Of a DNA stretch of 64,000 nucleotides, positions 1-13,200 are shown one piece after another (the stretch's first letter is position 1; each line of letters starts with the position of its first letter). Where the stretch lies: positions 26,349 to 90,348 of the forward strand of contig JAHLWZ010000833.1 of NCBI GenBank assembly GCA_020536535.1, read 5' to 3'. A model generated the notes under the pieces. It was not told the DNA's origin. It made no database searches and saw nothing but the letters and a program-made list of their open reading frames with translations. Position numbers and translations under genes: made by a program. Origin of the DNA: Pelomyxa schiedti (Eukaryota > Protista > Evosea).

Positions 1-886
1 ACAGGCGGGGTGCCAACGGTTTGTCTTCTGAGAGTGCTGTTACATCATGCATAGTTACTCCTGGTGTTACTGGTGCAGGTGCAGGGTCACTTACTTTCAA
101 GGGGTGCTCAGAGGTTGTCGTGGGGGAAACGGAAGAATTTTCGGAAGCTAGTGAGGGCTGAGGTGTTACATTTTCTGGAGTTACTGATGACGGAGATGCT
201 GATTGCGTTGGCTTAGTTTCATTTTCAGGGGGAACCTGTTCGTTTTGTGTGGGGAGTTGGGGGACTTCTTTATGCTCCAACGGATCGATGGGCTTCTCAG
301 ATAAAGCCAACGAAGCATCCACAACAGGCTCAGTGGCCACTTGCTCAGTTGTCACTGTACCGTTGTCGTTACCAGATTCAGTAGGCTGTGAGGCTTGTTT
401 GGGTTCTCCAAGTGGAGTGGAACCGTCTGCTACAACAGCTCCATCCGGTTGCGTGTCAGAAGGCTTGGAGTCCGACTTGTCATTGGCGGTGCCCTGCGAC
501 GTTGGTGTCTCCGTGGCTACGGCATCAGCGCTTGTCGTAGGCTGTGTACCTTCCACAGGCGGTGTCTTCTCTTCCGTGGGTGTGGAATTTGAGGCACTTA
601 CGAGAGGGGGATCTGGCGCGGCAGGAGTTGCACTATCCGAAGCCGCGATCGTCGCGGTGGACGGGGTGGTTTCGGCAGTTGTGTGTGGCGTCGCAGCGAG
701 ATCTCGGTCAGTCTGTTTCGGCGAGGGCGGAGTGGGTGAAGATGGCGACAGATTCGCGTGCGGCTGTTGTGACACGAGCGTCGCAGTTACGCCCGCAATG
801 GCAAAGTGCGTGAAGATCCCACTACGGGGTGACGTTGCAAAGTTGAGCAGTCGCTCGATCGGAGACACCTGATCATCAAACGACAT
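1..886 (-). CDS. 5' part of a protein with a long Ser/Thr/Pro-rich linker; N-terminus weakly resembles a uDENN start (runs off the window)
   Basis: Open minus-strand frame from ATG at 886: MSFDDQVSPIERLLNFATSPRSGIFTHFAIAG then low complexity. The plus-strand ORF 249-872 is its antisense shadow. The DENN resemblance is weak. Confidence 0.6.
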   Translation of the reverse strand, partial: MSFDDQVSPIERLLNFATSPRSGIFTHFAIAGVTATLVSQQPHANLSPSSPTPPSPKQTDRDLAATPHTTAETTPSTATIAASDSATPAAPDPPLVSASNSTPTEEKTPPVEGTQPTTSADAVATETPTSQGTANDKSDSKPSDTQPDGAVVADGSTPLGEPKQASQPTESGNDNGTVTTEQVATEPVVDASLALSEKPIDPLEHKEVPQLPTQNEQVPPENETKPTQSASPSSVTPENVTPQPSLASENSSVSPTTTSEHPLKVSDPAPAPVTPGVTMHDVTALSEDKPLAPRL

Positions 887-1073
887 CAATTCTTGCTTTT
901 TCTTTTCAGTTTTCGCAAGAAGAAGAAGTCCCACACATGTGCCCCTAACAAACTTTCGTCAAGTTGCAGGCAACACATGCCAAAAGAATGGCACCAGTTC
1001 CCGGCAGATCCAAGCGAAGGGGTGCCAATTTCGAGTAGATCATTTTATATTAAATTAAAGGGAAAGGGACACC

Positions 1074-2694
1074 ATGAGTGGGGATGAAGGGGAGAGCGAA
1101 GAGCCAAACGACGAGGACAACGAAGTGCAACTGGGGTTTGTCGAAAAAAACACCGAGGAGCGATTTCTGACGCGCGAGTGGTTACCGAATAAGATCGGAG
1201 GAAAACCTGTACATACCCTTGCGCTTTCTTTACGGTTTTCACTGTTTTTAGGCGTGGCTTGTTCCCATCAATCTGCCTCACCCGTCCGTTTTGGTGTGCT
1301 CTTCGTGCTCCCTGCCACTGTGGTTCCTTATGCAGGTAATATCCCCCATTTCTTCACTTCTTTCTAAACCTTTTTTTTTCCTTGAGATTTACGCACCGCT
1401 GGAGCATAGAGATGACACCCACCACAGAGCTATTTTCATTTTTTGCTGCAAGACGTGCTCTACATTTAAAGCATTCCGCACTCAGCTTCCAAATGAGAAT
1501 CCCTTCTATTCACCTTCCATGGAAAGTGAAGGCAGTGGAAGCAGTGGGGAAGAGGGAGAAGGTGTGGAACGGGAGCACGGTGAGGGTGAGGCTGAAGCAA
1601 ACGCTTCACCTACTGTCTCTACTTCAGCATCCTCCTCAACTTCAGTAATAACACCTCCTTCCACTGTGCCCTCAGATTCTGCAGCTTCCTCCCCATTGAC
1701 AGGTAATAGCGACGATGAGGATGAAGCAAGTTATCGCACACACATTGAGATCAAGGAAGGGATTAAATGCAGTCCCCTTTGTGAAGTATGTGGAATACTT
1801 GCGCCAAGCGCTTGCAGTAAATGCCATGTGGCTCGTTATTGCTCACCAACTCATCAAAAATTCGACTGGGAATTTCACTCTTCGGAGTGTGCGTGTCTAA
1901 TCTTGTATCTCCTTTCTGAAATTGCCTACTGACCCCCCAAAAGGCCAGTCACTACTAACGGGGGTTGCCACTACCCCACTTCCTCATCCGAAATGCGTTG
2001 GAGTCTTTCCTCAGTTTGAATTAGTCACCGAGTGTGAGCCAGCTGAAGACACTATACCTGACGATGTTGCAAGAAAGTAATTCCATCAACTATACTTTTT
2101 GGATTAATTACTTGTCCCAGGCTACATGAACTTGAAATGTCGGAGGGGACAACATACAATAAAGGAGACGAAGATTCGAAAGCAATGCAAGATATCCACC
2201 GAAAAATGAAGGTCGACAAGGTTTTTGTCCACTTTCAACAGAGGGTAGCTAGAGCCCCATCTCAGGTCCTAAGGTAAGCTCCATGCACCCCTTTTTCCTT
2301 AATGTTTCCAACAGATATGCTCATTTCCCAACTGGGGCTCTGTGGGTATCTGAAAAGAATATCCCTCGTCCTCAAGGTTATTTGTCTCCCGATGCAAAGC
2401 TATACTTATTATTCATCAGACATCCCTCCTTGTCAAAATTGTGGTGCACCACGGACATTTGAATTTCAGATACTTCCGCAGTTGATCTATTTTCTTGGAG
2501 TAGACCCCCAAGTATCCTCCTTTGACTGGGGAACAGCCGCCGTATTCACTTGCTCTTCCAGTTGTGCCCCCGGTCTGACTGCTTCCCCAACATCAACACA
2601 TTCCACACACCCGACAACAACCACAAGTACCCCAACACCTACACCACATTGTTGTTCCTATGTGGAGGAATTTATTTGGAAACAAGACCATTGA
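1074..2694 (+). CDS. PDCD2: Programmed cell death protein 2 (zf-MYND + PDCD2_C), multi-exon
   Basis: Motifs NKIGGKP-AWL, QIYAPL, MYND finger CEVCG...CSKC...YCS..HQK.DW..H...C, and C-terminal CQNCGAPRTFEFQILPQLI...DWGT..VFTC...YVEEFIWKQ, joined by GT-AG introns. Confidence 0.95.
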
Positions 2695-2715
2695 ATTAAA
2701 TTTACAACTTTCTAT

Positions 2716-5700
2716 TCAAGAAGAAGCAAACAAAGTCTTATCAGTGAAGGCTCTGAGTGACTGATACAAGGAGGTGAGTGAGGTGGGAATGTGTGCTGTG
2801 GTATTGGCTTCAGATGTCGTAATGTCTTCCATATCATTTCGTATCGTGCACAGCTGAGTGAGCAGGGCGTCCGTCTCAACTTGCCGTGCTGTTGATGTGC
2901 TGTAGTAGGTGGGCCAGCTTTTCCCTGTGGCGAGTGAAGCAAGCCTGGAACAGATGCAACCATGTAAGGCGGGAACAGCGGCTAGAGCAACTTCTCCATC
3001 TCCGGTAATAGACAGGCATACATCGCTTTGTGCGGGATTCACTCCTCGTGAAATTGGTTGCTGCGCCTGGTGGGTGCCAGATGAAGGGCTTAGGCGGAAA
3101 TGCAGGGTACCCATTTGAGTAAGGGATGACGCGGAGAGACCAGTTGCGTCGACACTGTTGAAGCTACGGTGAGAATAGAAGGTATGTCAATGGGATGCAC
3201 ACCATTGTGGAGGGAGGTGTGGTAGTAACGCAGAAAGTGGCTGCTGCGCTGACGTCCATGGCGCCAATGAAGGACTAATCACAATGGAGAATAATGGCGT
3301 GTGCACAGAGTGCTTTACTGGCTCGGTGGCAGAGAAGAAGTCCATTAAATCGAGTTGCTGGTTGGCAATGGTGGAGGAAAGAGCTTCATTGGTCATTAAA
3401 ATCGGAGGGCAGGCGGCTCCCAAGCTTGCTGAAATGGTTTTTGTTGCAGCTGAAAGGAAAAAGTTGTTAGCAATAGAATAGAAGATATCCTCCAAACCAT
3501 GATAGTTGGCAGACTGGAACTGGAATTTAAGACTAACTTCCACAGTTATAGGCACATAACATTCTTTTTCAAGTTGTGCTTCAAAAGCCCTAGTTTGTTT
3601 GGTAAGAAGGCAAAATGAAGACGGTAAACTCAACCATGCTTGACCAGGAATGAGGTTGTCAATGTCGCATTCCTTGGTCATCAGTACAGATGTATTGGTA
3701 TTAATTTGTACAATGCCTAGAACGGTGTCAAGGCGGAGCTGTTGTTATAGACATACATTTCCAGTGACCATAAGAGAGCTCAAAAGGAGACTTATTTGTC
3801 AACTGGATTGTGATGACGGGGGTTGTTACTCTTTTTGTCCCGGATGGATGCACACTCAAAAAAGGGGCTACAGTGCATGCTAGTGAATTGGGACTTCTGA
3901 AAAATTTTCAGTTAACTGAAGAGAATAAAAAAGTGCCAGTACTTGCTGCAGACCCCTTGCAGGATAGAGATTGCTGCCGATAATACGTCAAGTTGACTGT
4001 GGTTCCACTGTAAGTGTCAGTAACCAAGACATTAAACATTAAACTGGTAAGAGGAGGTTGCAATCACGAAGCATACGTTACTTAGTGACTGTAAAGAGTC
4101 ATGCTGCTTTGCTGAACATGTTATTTCTGTCAAAGCTCTCTTCAGAAGTAATTGACTAGGTGAGGGTATATTTCCACTAAGTGGAACGTCTCTGTGTGAC
4201 TCGCTAAACTTTGTTAAAGAAATCCTTTTGTGTTGTGGTGACAAGCCTAGCTTCCTGGTTGCAACAGGTTGTTCCCAGCGAAATAACAGCAACGCCACCA
4301 TTTCGCATCAATGCAATAGCATGTCCATACAATTGTTTGCTGTTTTCCCCCAAATGATACATTTGTACCAACGCAGAGAGAGGAAGAATCTTAGGCCGAA
4401 TTTCTTTTATTGTGTCAACAGTGATCGTGGGCAAACAGCAGAGGGAAACTTACGTGTAACCTCAGTTTGTGGTAAAAGATAGTCACCAGGGAATAGAGGA
4501 GCAGTATAGGCAATTCCGCGGGATACATACAGCAATGAAGACTTGATTACATTGAGATTAAGTGCAAAGAAAACGGCACACTTACGCCAACGCAAGAAGC
4601 ACTTGCAATTTCCACTGGAGTGGGAAGAAGAAATATTCGGGTGGAAGAAGCACCCCAAAGTGCCACCCATATAACTGCCACGGTCCCAGTTTCGCTGTCA
4701 AACCAACCTTAACAATTCTGGAAAGAAAAGAGGAAACAATACCTGAGTAACACAAGAGTGTCAGCAAGTTTTGTACTAAAGGCACTATTTGAGGTGAGGA
4801 TGATACTGTGAATGCCTCCCTAAGAAACTGGGTCACTTTGCTTGAATAATGGAGAGCGCAGGGGAGTAATACTCGTCAACGTCAGGTACCTACATTGACT
4901 GATAGGGGTTGCCTCGGTTGACAGGCTGGTTGCTTAAGGGGAAGGAAATGAAGTTTGCCTTCACTATCCCCAACCAGCAAGTCAAGTCTGTCATGTGTCC
5001 TATTGAGACTGAGAAGGGATTTGGTTTAGAGAAAAATTACGTTGAAGTGGAGTTATTTATTCTATCAAGTAAAGGGGCCGACACTTGAGTCACATCAGGA
5101 TACAAGGGGTCATCGATATCAGAGATGGGTGGTTTTTGTTAAGGATGGAAAAAAAGAAGATTCCAGCATTGTCACAGGGTATAAAAAGATATCTTTAAGG
5201 GCAGTGATTGTAGCAGTCTGAGAAAGCACCCAAGTTGAACAAGCAACAAAATCGGGTCCTGATCCTGACTGTGGCTTGAACAATGTTAGGGTGCCTTCAC
5301 ACCCGACCACCAACCCAATTGGTGTTTGTATCAATAGAATATGTACATCATCCTAGTATACTTAATTCACAAGATTCTAAAAAGGTGACAAACTAACCTT
5401 AGGAATCTTGTGAAATGGCTGTGAGAACTGGCACATATCAACAATTGGTGGGTCAATTTGACAACGATAAATGGTTGAATTGCTGCAAGCCGCCAATATT
5501 GTTGGCTGTGAAGTCAAAGTCGAGGAGGAACTTTGTGAGGCCGAGCTCTCACTCTTTATTCGCGGAAACAAGGTGCTTGTGTAACTAGAGCTCACTGCCG
5601 TTGCTCTGGCAGGAAGCCTAAACATGAATCACAGATGAATCACACAACAGGCATCTTTAATCAGCACAAAGGAGTCGGGGCAGAGCGGCACTAACCTCCA

Positions 5701-5968
5701 GTTAACCACAAATCCATCACCATCCATCCCAAAGCACAGTAGAGCCCCGCAAGATGAAGCGCCGACCAAAACAACACCCCCTGTCAATGTCCCTCCACTG
5801 TTTGTAAGTTGTAAGGAAGTAAATACAACAACCAGGCTAAAAAAACCCAGAAGCAGGTAAACTTGTTACTCACGTCTTCAAAACGTACGACTTTGTCGCA
5901 CTGGCCAACAACACTCGCCTAGGGTCGCTCGTGTCACCTCCGAATCTGCCAATCACCCGGCTCTTCAT
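2716..5968 (-). CDS. Multi-exon protein, tentatively FAAP100-like (N-terminal beta-propeller-like region, C-terminal beta-sandwich)
   Basis: Chain of minus-strand exons. Segments LLVGDSEGKLHFLPL, IDNLIPGQAWLSLP...VPITVEVSLKF and QLDLMDFF recall FAAP100 in the same order. The CDS is well supported; the family call is tentative. Confidence 0.45.
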
Positions 5969-6088
5969 CGTTTTTTGATTGACAAAGTGGCTTGGACACT
6001 GTGAATACACTTAGCAAATCGATATTGATCTGCTGAGTGAGCACGGGTGCCAATCCTGGGTTTTTTAGGTTATGTGGCAGACAAACGC

Positions 6089-8730
6089 TTATAAAGTGGA
6101 GGCAGGGGTATGATGTCTTTGTTTGAAAAAGTTTGTACAGTCCACTTTGTTGGCTTTCTCTTTTGAAGAATTGCCCAACATAAACAAAACTGGTGTCACA
6201 TCACATTCCAGAATTGGAACGCACACAAAACTCATGGATCATTTACACACAGGGTGTCATCCAGGACAGTAGACAATGAAGCACCCTCCCTGATTCTCTT
6301 GGCGTTGGCAGCAAGTGCACGCTCATTCAAATCAGCCAGCACAGTGTCCACGCACTCAGCCACAATGAGGCTTGCCGGTCTGTCTGGTTCCGCTGCAACC
6401 CGCTGCATCACAAGCTTATGGGAAGTGAAGTTAGCCACAGAAAAAGTTGTGGTTTGAGTTTGTGTGGTTTGAGGGCTAATATTATAATGTATGAGCGAAT
6501 TAGGGTTAGAAAATTAGCCAGCACACACCATATGGAGGCGTTGTAAAGCCAGAGCCCAGGAGATTCCAAATGCGGTTTGGTTGGTTTGCTCGGATCCAGC
6601 CACGAGCTTCAGGGTAGATGCGAGCTTATTCATGAAAGATTTGTGTTGTGATTGGGGAAGCTCCGCTCCGTCAACAACCACTTCCGGCGCAGGCTGCTTA
6701 TTGACATCTAAGTCCCTGTGTTTTGCCAGAAGAAGTGTTTGGTTAAGGGAAATTGTGGGACTGAAAGTTTTCCACACCAGATTTTACACAGGCGGCTGAG
6801 CATTTGCAGTGACGCTTTCTGTACTTCTATTTGCTCTGTATTTTGTTCGCTGTACTCTGGTGAAATAATAGTGAGACAGGAGTAGGAGGAAATGATATCC
6901 GGACCTAGAATGATTCCCTTGCTTTTCATTGTTTTTAGATGCATCGAGACTTGTTGTGCTGCGACAAACGATTCTCGAACGGTTTCTACTTTGTTTGAGA
7001 TAAAGTTCTCCAAATCATCAATGTACCTGGTAGATACAACTTGGTGGCCTCAATTAACTCCTTATTTGGGATAAGTGGGATGGAAAAGAGTTAACTGTAA
7101 ATACCTTCAAGCCACTGTTTGGCTTGTGCAGAGCTCCAGAGAAATTACACGTTTCACAGCGCCATTTTTTCCTTCTTCTCCAAATTGAGATATCATCAGA
7201 ATCTAGTTGAAGTTGGTCTACAACCAACTGCAAATAAATTGGAATGTTACTGCATTTGGGGCACCTCTCAATGTCCTCTATGCATGCAGTTGATGCAACA
7301 GTAATGAAAATTCCTGAGAGAAATCCAGAGCGTGAGTTTTCATAGCCCGCATTTCCCAACATACCGATTATTTTGCTATCAAGGTTGAGATTCTCCAAAA
7401 CTTGTTTCATAAGCTCAAGTTCTGGAGATCCACATAAATCCGCTTTGTTGAGAACAAAGGCGATTGGAATTCCCGCAAAGGTCTCCTTGCATAATCTTTT
7501 TGGAAAAAAACAACCAAATAAATAAAAAGGGAGTAGAAAATCAGATGTCAGGAGAATGGACTTTGGGAAAGATAAAGCGCACTTGGCTTCAAAGGGCAGA
7601 AGCCTGCAAACTGTACAGTCAATAACATACCAGACAACATGGATGGCATTTCTCACAAATTGTTGTGTTGTCCTGATAAAACCCTCAGCGGTATCCATCT
7701 CAATACCCTAGTTGCTATTACACTACCGTTACAATATCATAACTCGGAAACCTTTGAGTCATAAACAAGGACAGGTGTCTCGTATCCTGATACTGAAGCA
7801 GGTGAGGAGCTGGAGGAAGTGGAGAGTGCAGGACCAAATGCCATATTCATGACACTAGTTTTTCCAACTCCTGCGTGGGAATGTAAATTAAATGCCATGA
7901 TTTTTTTTTTTTCAAAAAAAAAAAAAAGGACAACCTTTTCGCCCAACTACAAGTATATTTGGTTTCAGTTGCTGCGATGTTATCTCGTCAAATGTTTTAC
8001 ATAGCACAGACTCCAATGCTGGCATTTGGAAGCCTATTATGTATTAATCCTAATTTACTGGTACTACGAGTCAAACCTGGACCCTCCAATGCTACAGAAT
8101 TAGTGGTAGCAGTTCCAGTGCTAGCTGATCCAACATTTAAAGGTGTAACAATACCTAATTAAAACCAAGGGGTTATTTTCGAAGCCCTTGCAAATCACAA
8201 AAGTACCCAAAAATAAGAACACAAACCCATAACTCAAAAAAAGGAAGGCTTGTTCCACGAAGTAGTAATAGCATACCCGAAGGTTGTACAGAAGCACTGC
8301 CAGATTGCGTGCCAGGCAGCCCGACGTTGCTCCCTGGCGGCACCGACGACACGCCAACCCACATCGTCGTCGTGGCCATCGACGTCGTGGTTGCTGTGCC
8401 GCCTCCTCCCATAATCGCGGTGATGGGCGCGGACAATACGCCGGGCGTCTGTTGCTGCTGCTGCGCGGGCTGCTGCTGGGCGATGGCACTGGTTATTATG
8501 GGGCTGGGGTTTGCGGGAGGGATCGACGCCGACGAGGACGAAGAAGACGTGGAGGAGGACGAAGAAGAGGACGACGACGCCGTGGTCGTGGGCGCGGACG
8601 ACGATGCAACCCCCGTGATGCTGGTGCTCACGACGGAAGAAGGAGGCGCAGTGGTTGGGGCCACCTTATCCGCCGACGACAGCGCCGGAGGTATCGTCAT
8701 CTCGCTCACACGAAACTGCGACGACGCCAT
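6089..8730 (-). CDS. P-loop GTPase (TRAFAC/Era-like) with low-complexity N-terminus, Zn-ribbon insert and helical C-terminal domain
   Basis: Spliced G1 NILVVGRKG|VGKTS, G3 DSKG, HVVWYVID, G4 FVLNKADL, and CPKC...WRCETC. The 3' end is approximate. Confidence 0.8.
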
Positions 8731-8916
8731 TGGGGTATGATATGTACCAATAGCGAAGGAACCGCGAAGGCCAATCGAGAAAAAAAAAAAAAAAACCAAA
8801 GGAAGAGGGGAAAAAAGGCCAAAAAAATAAAGCCGAAGCTTAGTGTAAACAACATTAAAAGTGCACGAACGAGATGATCGGTGCCCAATAATTAACAGTG
8901 ATTCCCCTGCATCCGC

Positions 8917-10020
8917 TCAACTGTCCAACTGTACAAGGAGTGAGACGAGGGCCTCAGTGGCATCCTTCAAGTAGCCATCACGCAATAGGTTTCGAGCCTG
9001 AGGCAGATCAGTCTCGGCCAGGGTCAGCACCCAAGCGATGGCGTCGTGGAATGCCACGTGCTTCGCATAAACGTCTTTCCAGGAGGGCTTTGGGGGAGGC
9101 CCCAATGTCCCACCGGTGGCCGGCGATTTTCTGTGGGTCACTCTTACGGAATGGGAAGTGCTGACTGGGGTCCCGTTCATGGCCTTTTCCAACCAACATC
9201 CAAATTCACAGTGCTGGTAGTCTTTGGCCTTTTTCTTCATTTGCATAAGGGCGTCTTTTGGTTGACCCTCCCTGTATGATGATGTTAAGAACCAACAGTA
9301 ATGAGTGCGGCTCTGTACCTTGAACCCCCAACTTCTAGTAGGAGTTTGCTGATCCACTGTCTGTGGAGTTCAATAGCGCGTTTGATGTCTGGTTTGGGGG
9401 GCGGCTAGCAGGAGGTGAGACGTGTAGTGTATGGTACTATCTACCTGTTCTTGCTGCGTTCTTACAGAGGCAGTACAACCCATGGGTGATGAGAGAATAA
9501 CTGGGAACAAGTGGGTTTAATTTAACTGAAGACCGAAGTTCTCATCCACTGTTTGCAGGCGGTGAAAAATGTCCCGTCTAACGGAGCTGAACATTCGGCT
9601 TTATGCTGACGAAAGAGGAAGAAAACATCACAATCAAGGGTGGCTCGTCCCTTTACTTGGCAAATAAGGCATAGACGACAGAATCCTGGAAATTTCGAAA
9701 TGTCTCAGATTTACAGATGTGGAACCCCGAGACGGAATGAGCTTGGATTTTAGCTGGGTGATCACATCAGGGAGTTTTGAGCTGAACTACAACTCGCTTT
9801 GGTGGAGCATACTCTGTCAATGAGAAATTCTTTGTTACAAGACTGGCAAAAAATTTTTCGTTTTTAGTCTGTCAGCTTTTTTTTTTTTGTTGGGCTGTGG
9901 GATGGAAGATTTGAAATAGTGTCAGGCAGTGCCTGTGTGATGCCTACCTACTGATGGAGAGGAGCCCTTTTAGCAGATTCCATTCCACAAGGTGGATCTT
10001 TCCTGCGTCAGAGCCCATAA
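8917..10020 (-). CDS. Hypothetical protein, multi-exon; start uncertain
   Basis: ORF 8917-9357 is joined by a GT-AG intron to an upstream exon (PPPKPDIKRAIELHRQWISKLLLEVGGS). No family recognised. Confidence 0.5.
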
Positions 10021-10214
10021 ATGGGGTTGTGGTTTGTGCCGAGCTTTCAGTCTGGGGAAAAAGTGTCAATCAAAAAAAGGCAACAGGCAATGCCTGGTGG
10101 CGGCTGGTTAATGTGTAAGGTGCGTAAAAACAAACAAACAAGCAAACCCAAACAATTAAATCCCCTGCTCATAGCCCAACGCGGTAAAGGGAAGAAACTT
10201 GCTTAGAATCGGGA

Positions 10215-13200
10215 ATGATCTTGCTGCGATTTTCGCTTTTCTTTTTTCTTCTGGGATTCCCACTATCTCTCCTTTCTTCTGCTGCAGGTGTTTATTTATC
10301 CAAAGAGTTAGAATCACTCCCAATTCTTACTCACCTTTCCTAGCACAAAGTACTCCAGAAGGTGAATGTGGAGTGAGGTGCTGGCTGGATAATTTGATTG
10401 TAGTGATTCCTGATCAGCAAGCAGAATTCAATTATACCATTGCTCGTGTGCTGCATGAAGTTAGTGTGAATTTGACATCCATAAAATGCAGCCTGTCATC
10501 CCTTGGGCCTGTTTCTTCTACCACGAGGCAAGAATTCTCGGTTCCTTCCGGTGATCAGATTGGATTTCTGAGCCTGCAAATGAGAAATGTGAGCCTGGAA
10601 TGCAGTGCTGTCTTTAACATGACAAACACCCATAATGGGAAAAGCACTCACGAGAATGGATTGGCTAATGCTGTTCTGTCTGAAATGGATGCTGAACTCA
10701 CTCTGACTCTGACGCGACCGGGGTCAACCTGTTCTCAGGCCCTGATCGCCGGGGTAGAGCACTGCAATATATCACAGCCAAACCTCACTGTGACTACTGT
10801 CCCCGAGCCGGCATCCTCTTCAAGTACAACAGTAACCTCGGAGTTGCTTTACCAGGCCATGAACTCTCTCTTTGGACTGCAGTTTAATATCTGTGGTATC
10901 GTGTCAAATATCATTTCCACCAATGTGTCCGCTGGGATGTCTGATATCCACTCCAAGTTGGAGACAGCGGCAGCACCAAGACCGCCACCATTTATTTCCT
11001 CTCCAGACGAGGGAGCCTTGGATTTAAACACGTCTCCATTTCTGAATGCCATCCAGTACGTGGCAAATGACTTCATTGGAACTGATGGAATAGTTGGCTT
11101 GAACTTCGTGTTTTCGAAGTTAACTAATGGCACAGGTTTCGTTCAGCCATATTGCAGTTTATCAACTCACCTTTGACTATAGGTTACCTCAACATCAGTA
11201 GTGGGGATTCCAACAGAACTTTCACAGTGGTCGTTCCAAACTTTGGTTCTGTTGAGGTGAAAATGAAGAAAATTTGGATTGGAGGGCTGGACAGCTGGAA
11301 TTTGTTTGACGTACTCGAACCTCTTGATGCCTATACCCTCTGGTCTGGAGTAGCACTCAAGTCATTTGCAATTGGCGCAGAAATTGAAATTTCCTTGGAT
11401 ATTGTAAACTCCTCATACATAGTTGACCCCTATATATTGGAAGAGTCGATTACATTGTCAGTCGAACTGTCGCAGATAAATATATCCTCAGTGATGGATG
11501 TAGCTCTGTATCTTGAAAGAGCCGAAAGTTATACTAACTCCCAGTGCCGTGACATAGGATGCTTCATAGCATTATTTGAGGAAAACCAAACAGCACTTGT
11601 TAACATCATTTTGAACATGTCTGATGTGGATATGGCTGTAAAATTAAACAGTGGTGGTTCTGATAGTGATGATATTGATAAGTTAGTGAATGACCTTGCA
11701 GTATGGTTCATAAGCTCTTTCATAGACTGCGCTCCCGATGTTGTGAGTGGAATTGCAGCGGGACCAGTCCTCACCGCTGTCAACTCAGAAATTACTACTG
11801 TCCTGTCAGATTCCGAATGTGAGCCTAAAGCTGATGCACGAGGTAGTATGGAACTACCAAATCCCTATTCTACATTCGGCTCTGCTTTTGGCGCTGTAGT
11901 TGCTTTTGTGGTACTAGTATGCATTGGAATTTATGTCGATGGCTACTTGAAATCCAGAGTTCAAATAAAAACTATTGTCCCTAGTGAATCTGAGATCATT
12001 ACTCAAGACGGTTCAGCACCAAAGTACCAAGACGCAATATCTTCCCCACGGGCTGAGAAGGCTCCACTGCTGGAAAAAGGATCGAAGACAGAGCCTACCC
12101 CAAGTGGTCCATGCCTACTGTTGCATCCCAAACTCCATGGAATTGTGAGATACGGCATTCCTGGCCTGATTATGCTCACAGCAGTAATGCTGATCTCCGG
12201 GAATACCTCAGGTGGTGCTCAGGTCATTCTGGTCGTAGTCACAAGCACAAAGCGCATTATTTCCTTTGACCCTATCTTTATATTTACCTTAGGAAACAGT
12301 ATTCGAGTAAGCAAATTTCAATCAATCAGTACTCCAGCTAACCCTTCCAACAGGATATGTGGGAAGCTGGAATATGGCCCCTTTCCTTGCTGATTGCCGT
12401 TTTCTCTGGTGCTTGGCCTTATTTAAAACTGCTGTTAATGTTTGGCGGCTGGATTGCTCCCGCTTGGATCCTTTCTGTAAAAAGGCGAGAACTCTTGCTG
12501 ATGATCTTAGGTACTTTCAATGACGGATAACGTAAGGTCTCACACCCATCCTAGATGCACTTGGAAAGTGGTCTCTTATTGACTCCTACGTGATGATTCT
12601 CACCTTGGTTGGCTTTAATCTGAAAATCGAAATGCCTGTCCATGAAACAGAAATGTACGAGCCCTCTGGCGACTTTGTCATTGAAGTAGTCGTGGAACCT
12701 CTTTACGGTTTTACGATATATATCCTTGCGACAGCTGTGTCTCTCACGTTATCCCACATAATTGTTGCGTTGCATAGATATAGCGAGGGTACTGCTAAAA
12801 GCAGTGAACCACAGGGCAAAGACGGGAATCCTCCCTCAGCGTGCAATGCCCTTTGCGTTACAGCTTTGCCATCAAGGAGCATAAGAGCCCGAGTTGCCTT
12901 TGCAGTCACTGTTGGGGTGCTGATCACCTTTGCCTTGGTTCTTCTCCTTATGGGGATTATTTATCCCTCTTTCAAGTACGTGTTTGGCGGTGCCGTGGGG
13001 TGGTTCCTTACTGCTACTGGGCAGCCCATTGAGGCAGAATACTCTGTCCTTTCACTCACCAGAGCAATTCCGCGCAGTACGTGCGGTCTCAAGATGGCTG
13101 CCACCAGAGTTATTCAGGTGGTTTTTGCAACTACATCCATATTTGCACCACTTGGCCACCTTGTTTCTCTGGTCATACTTTGGTTCATGCCAATGTCAGT

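Noticed and set aside
5934-5968. Possible overlap between the GTPase 3' end and the next gene's start
   Set aside because: An alternative splice phase ends the GTPase at 6089 with a plausible product, so no overlap is needed.
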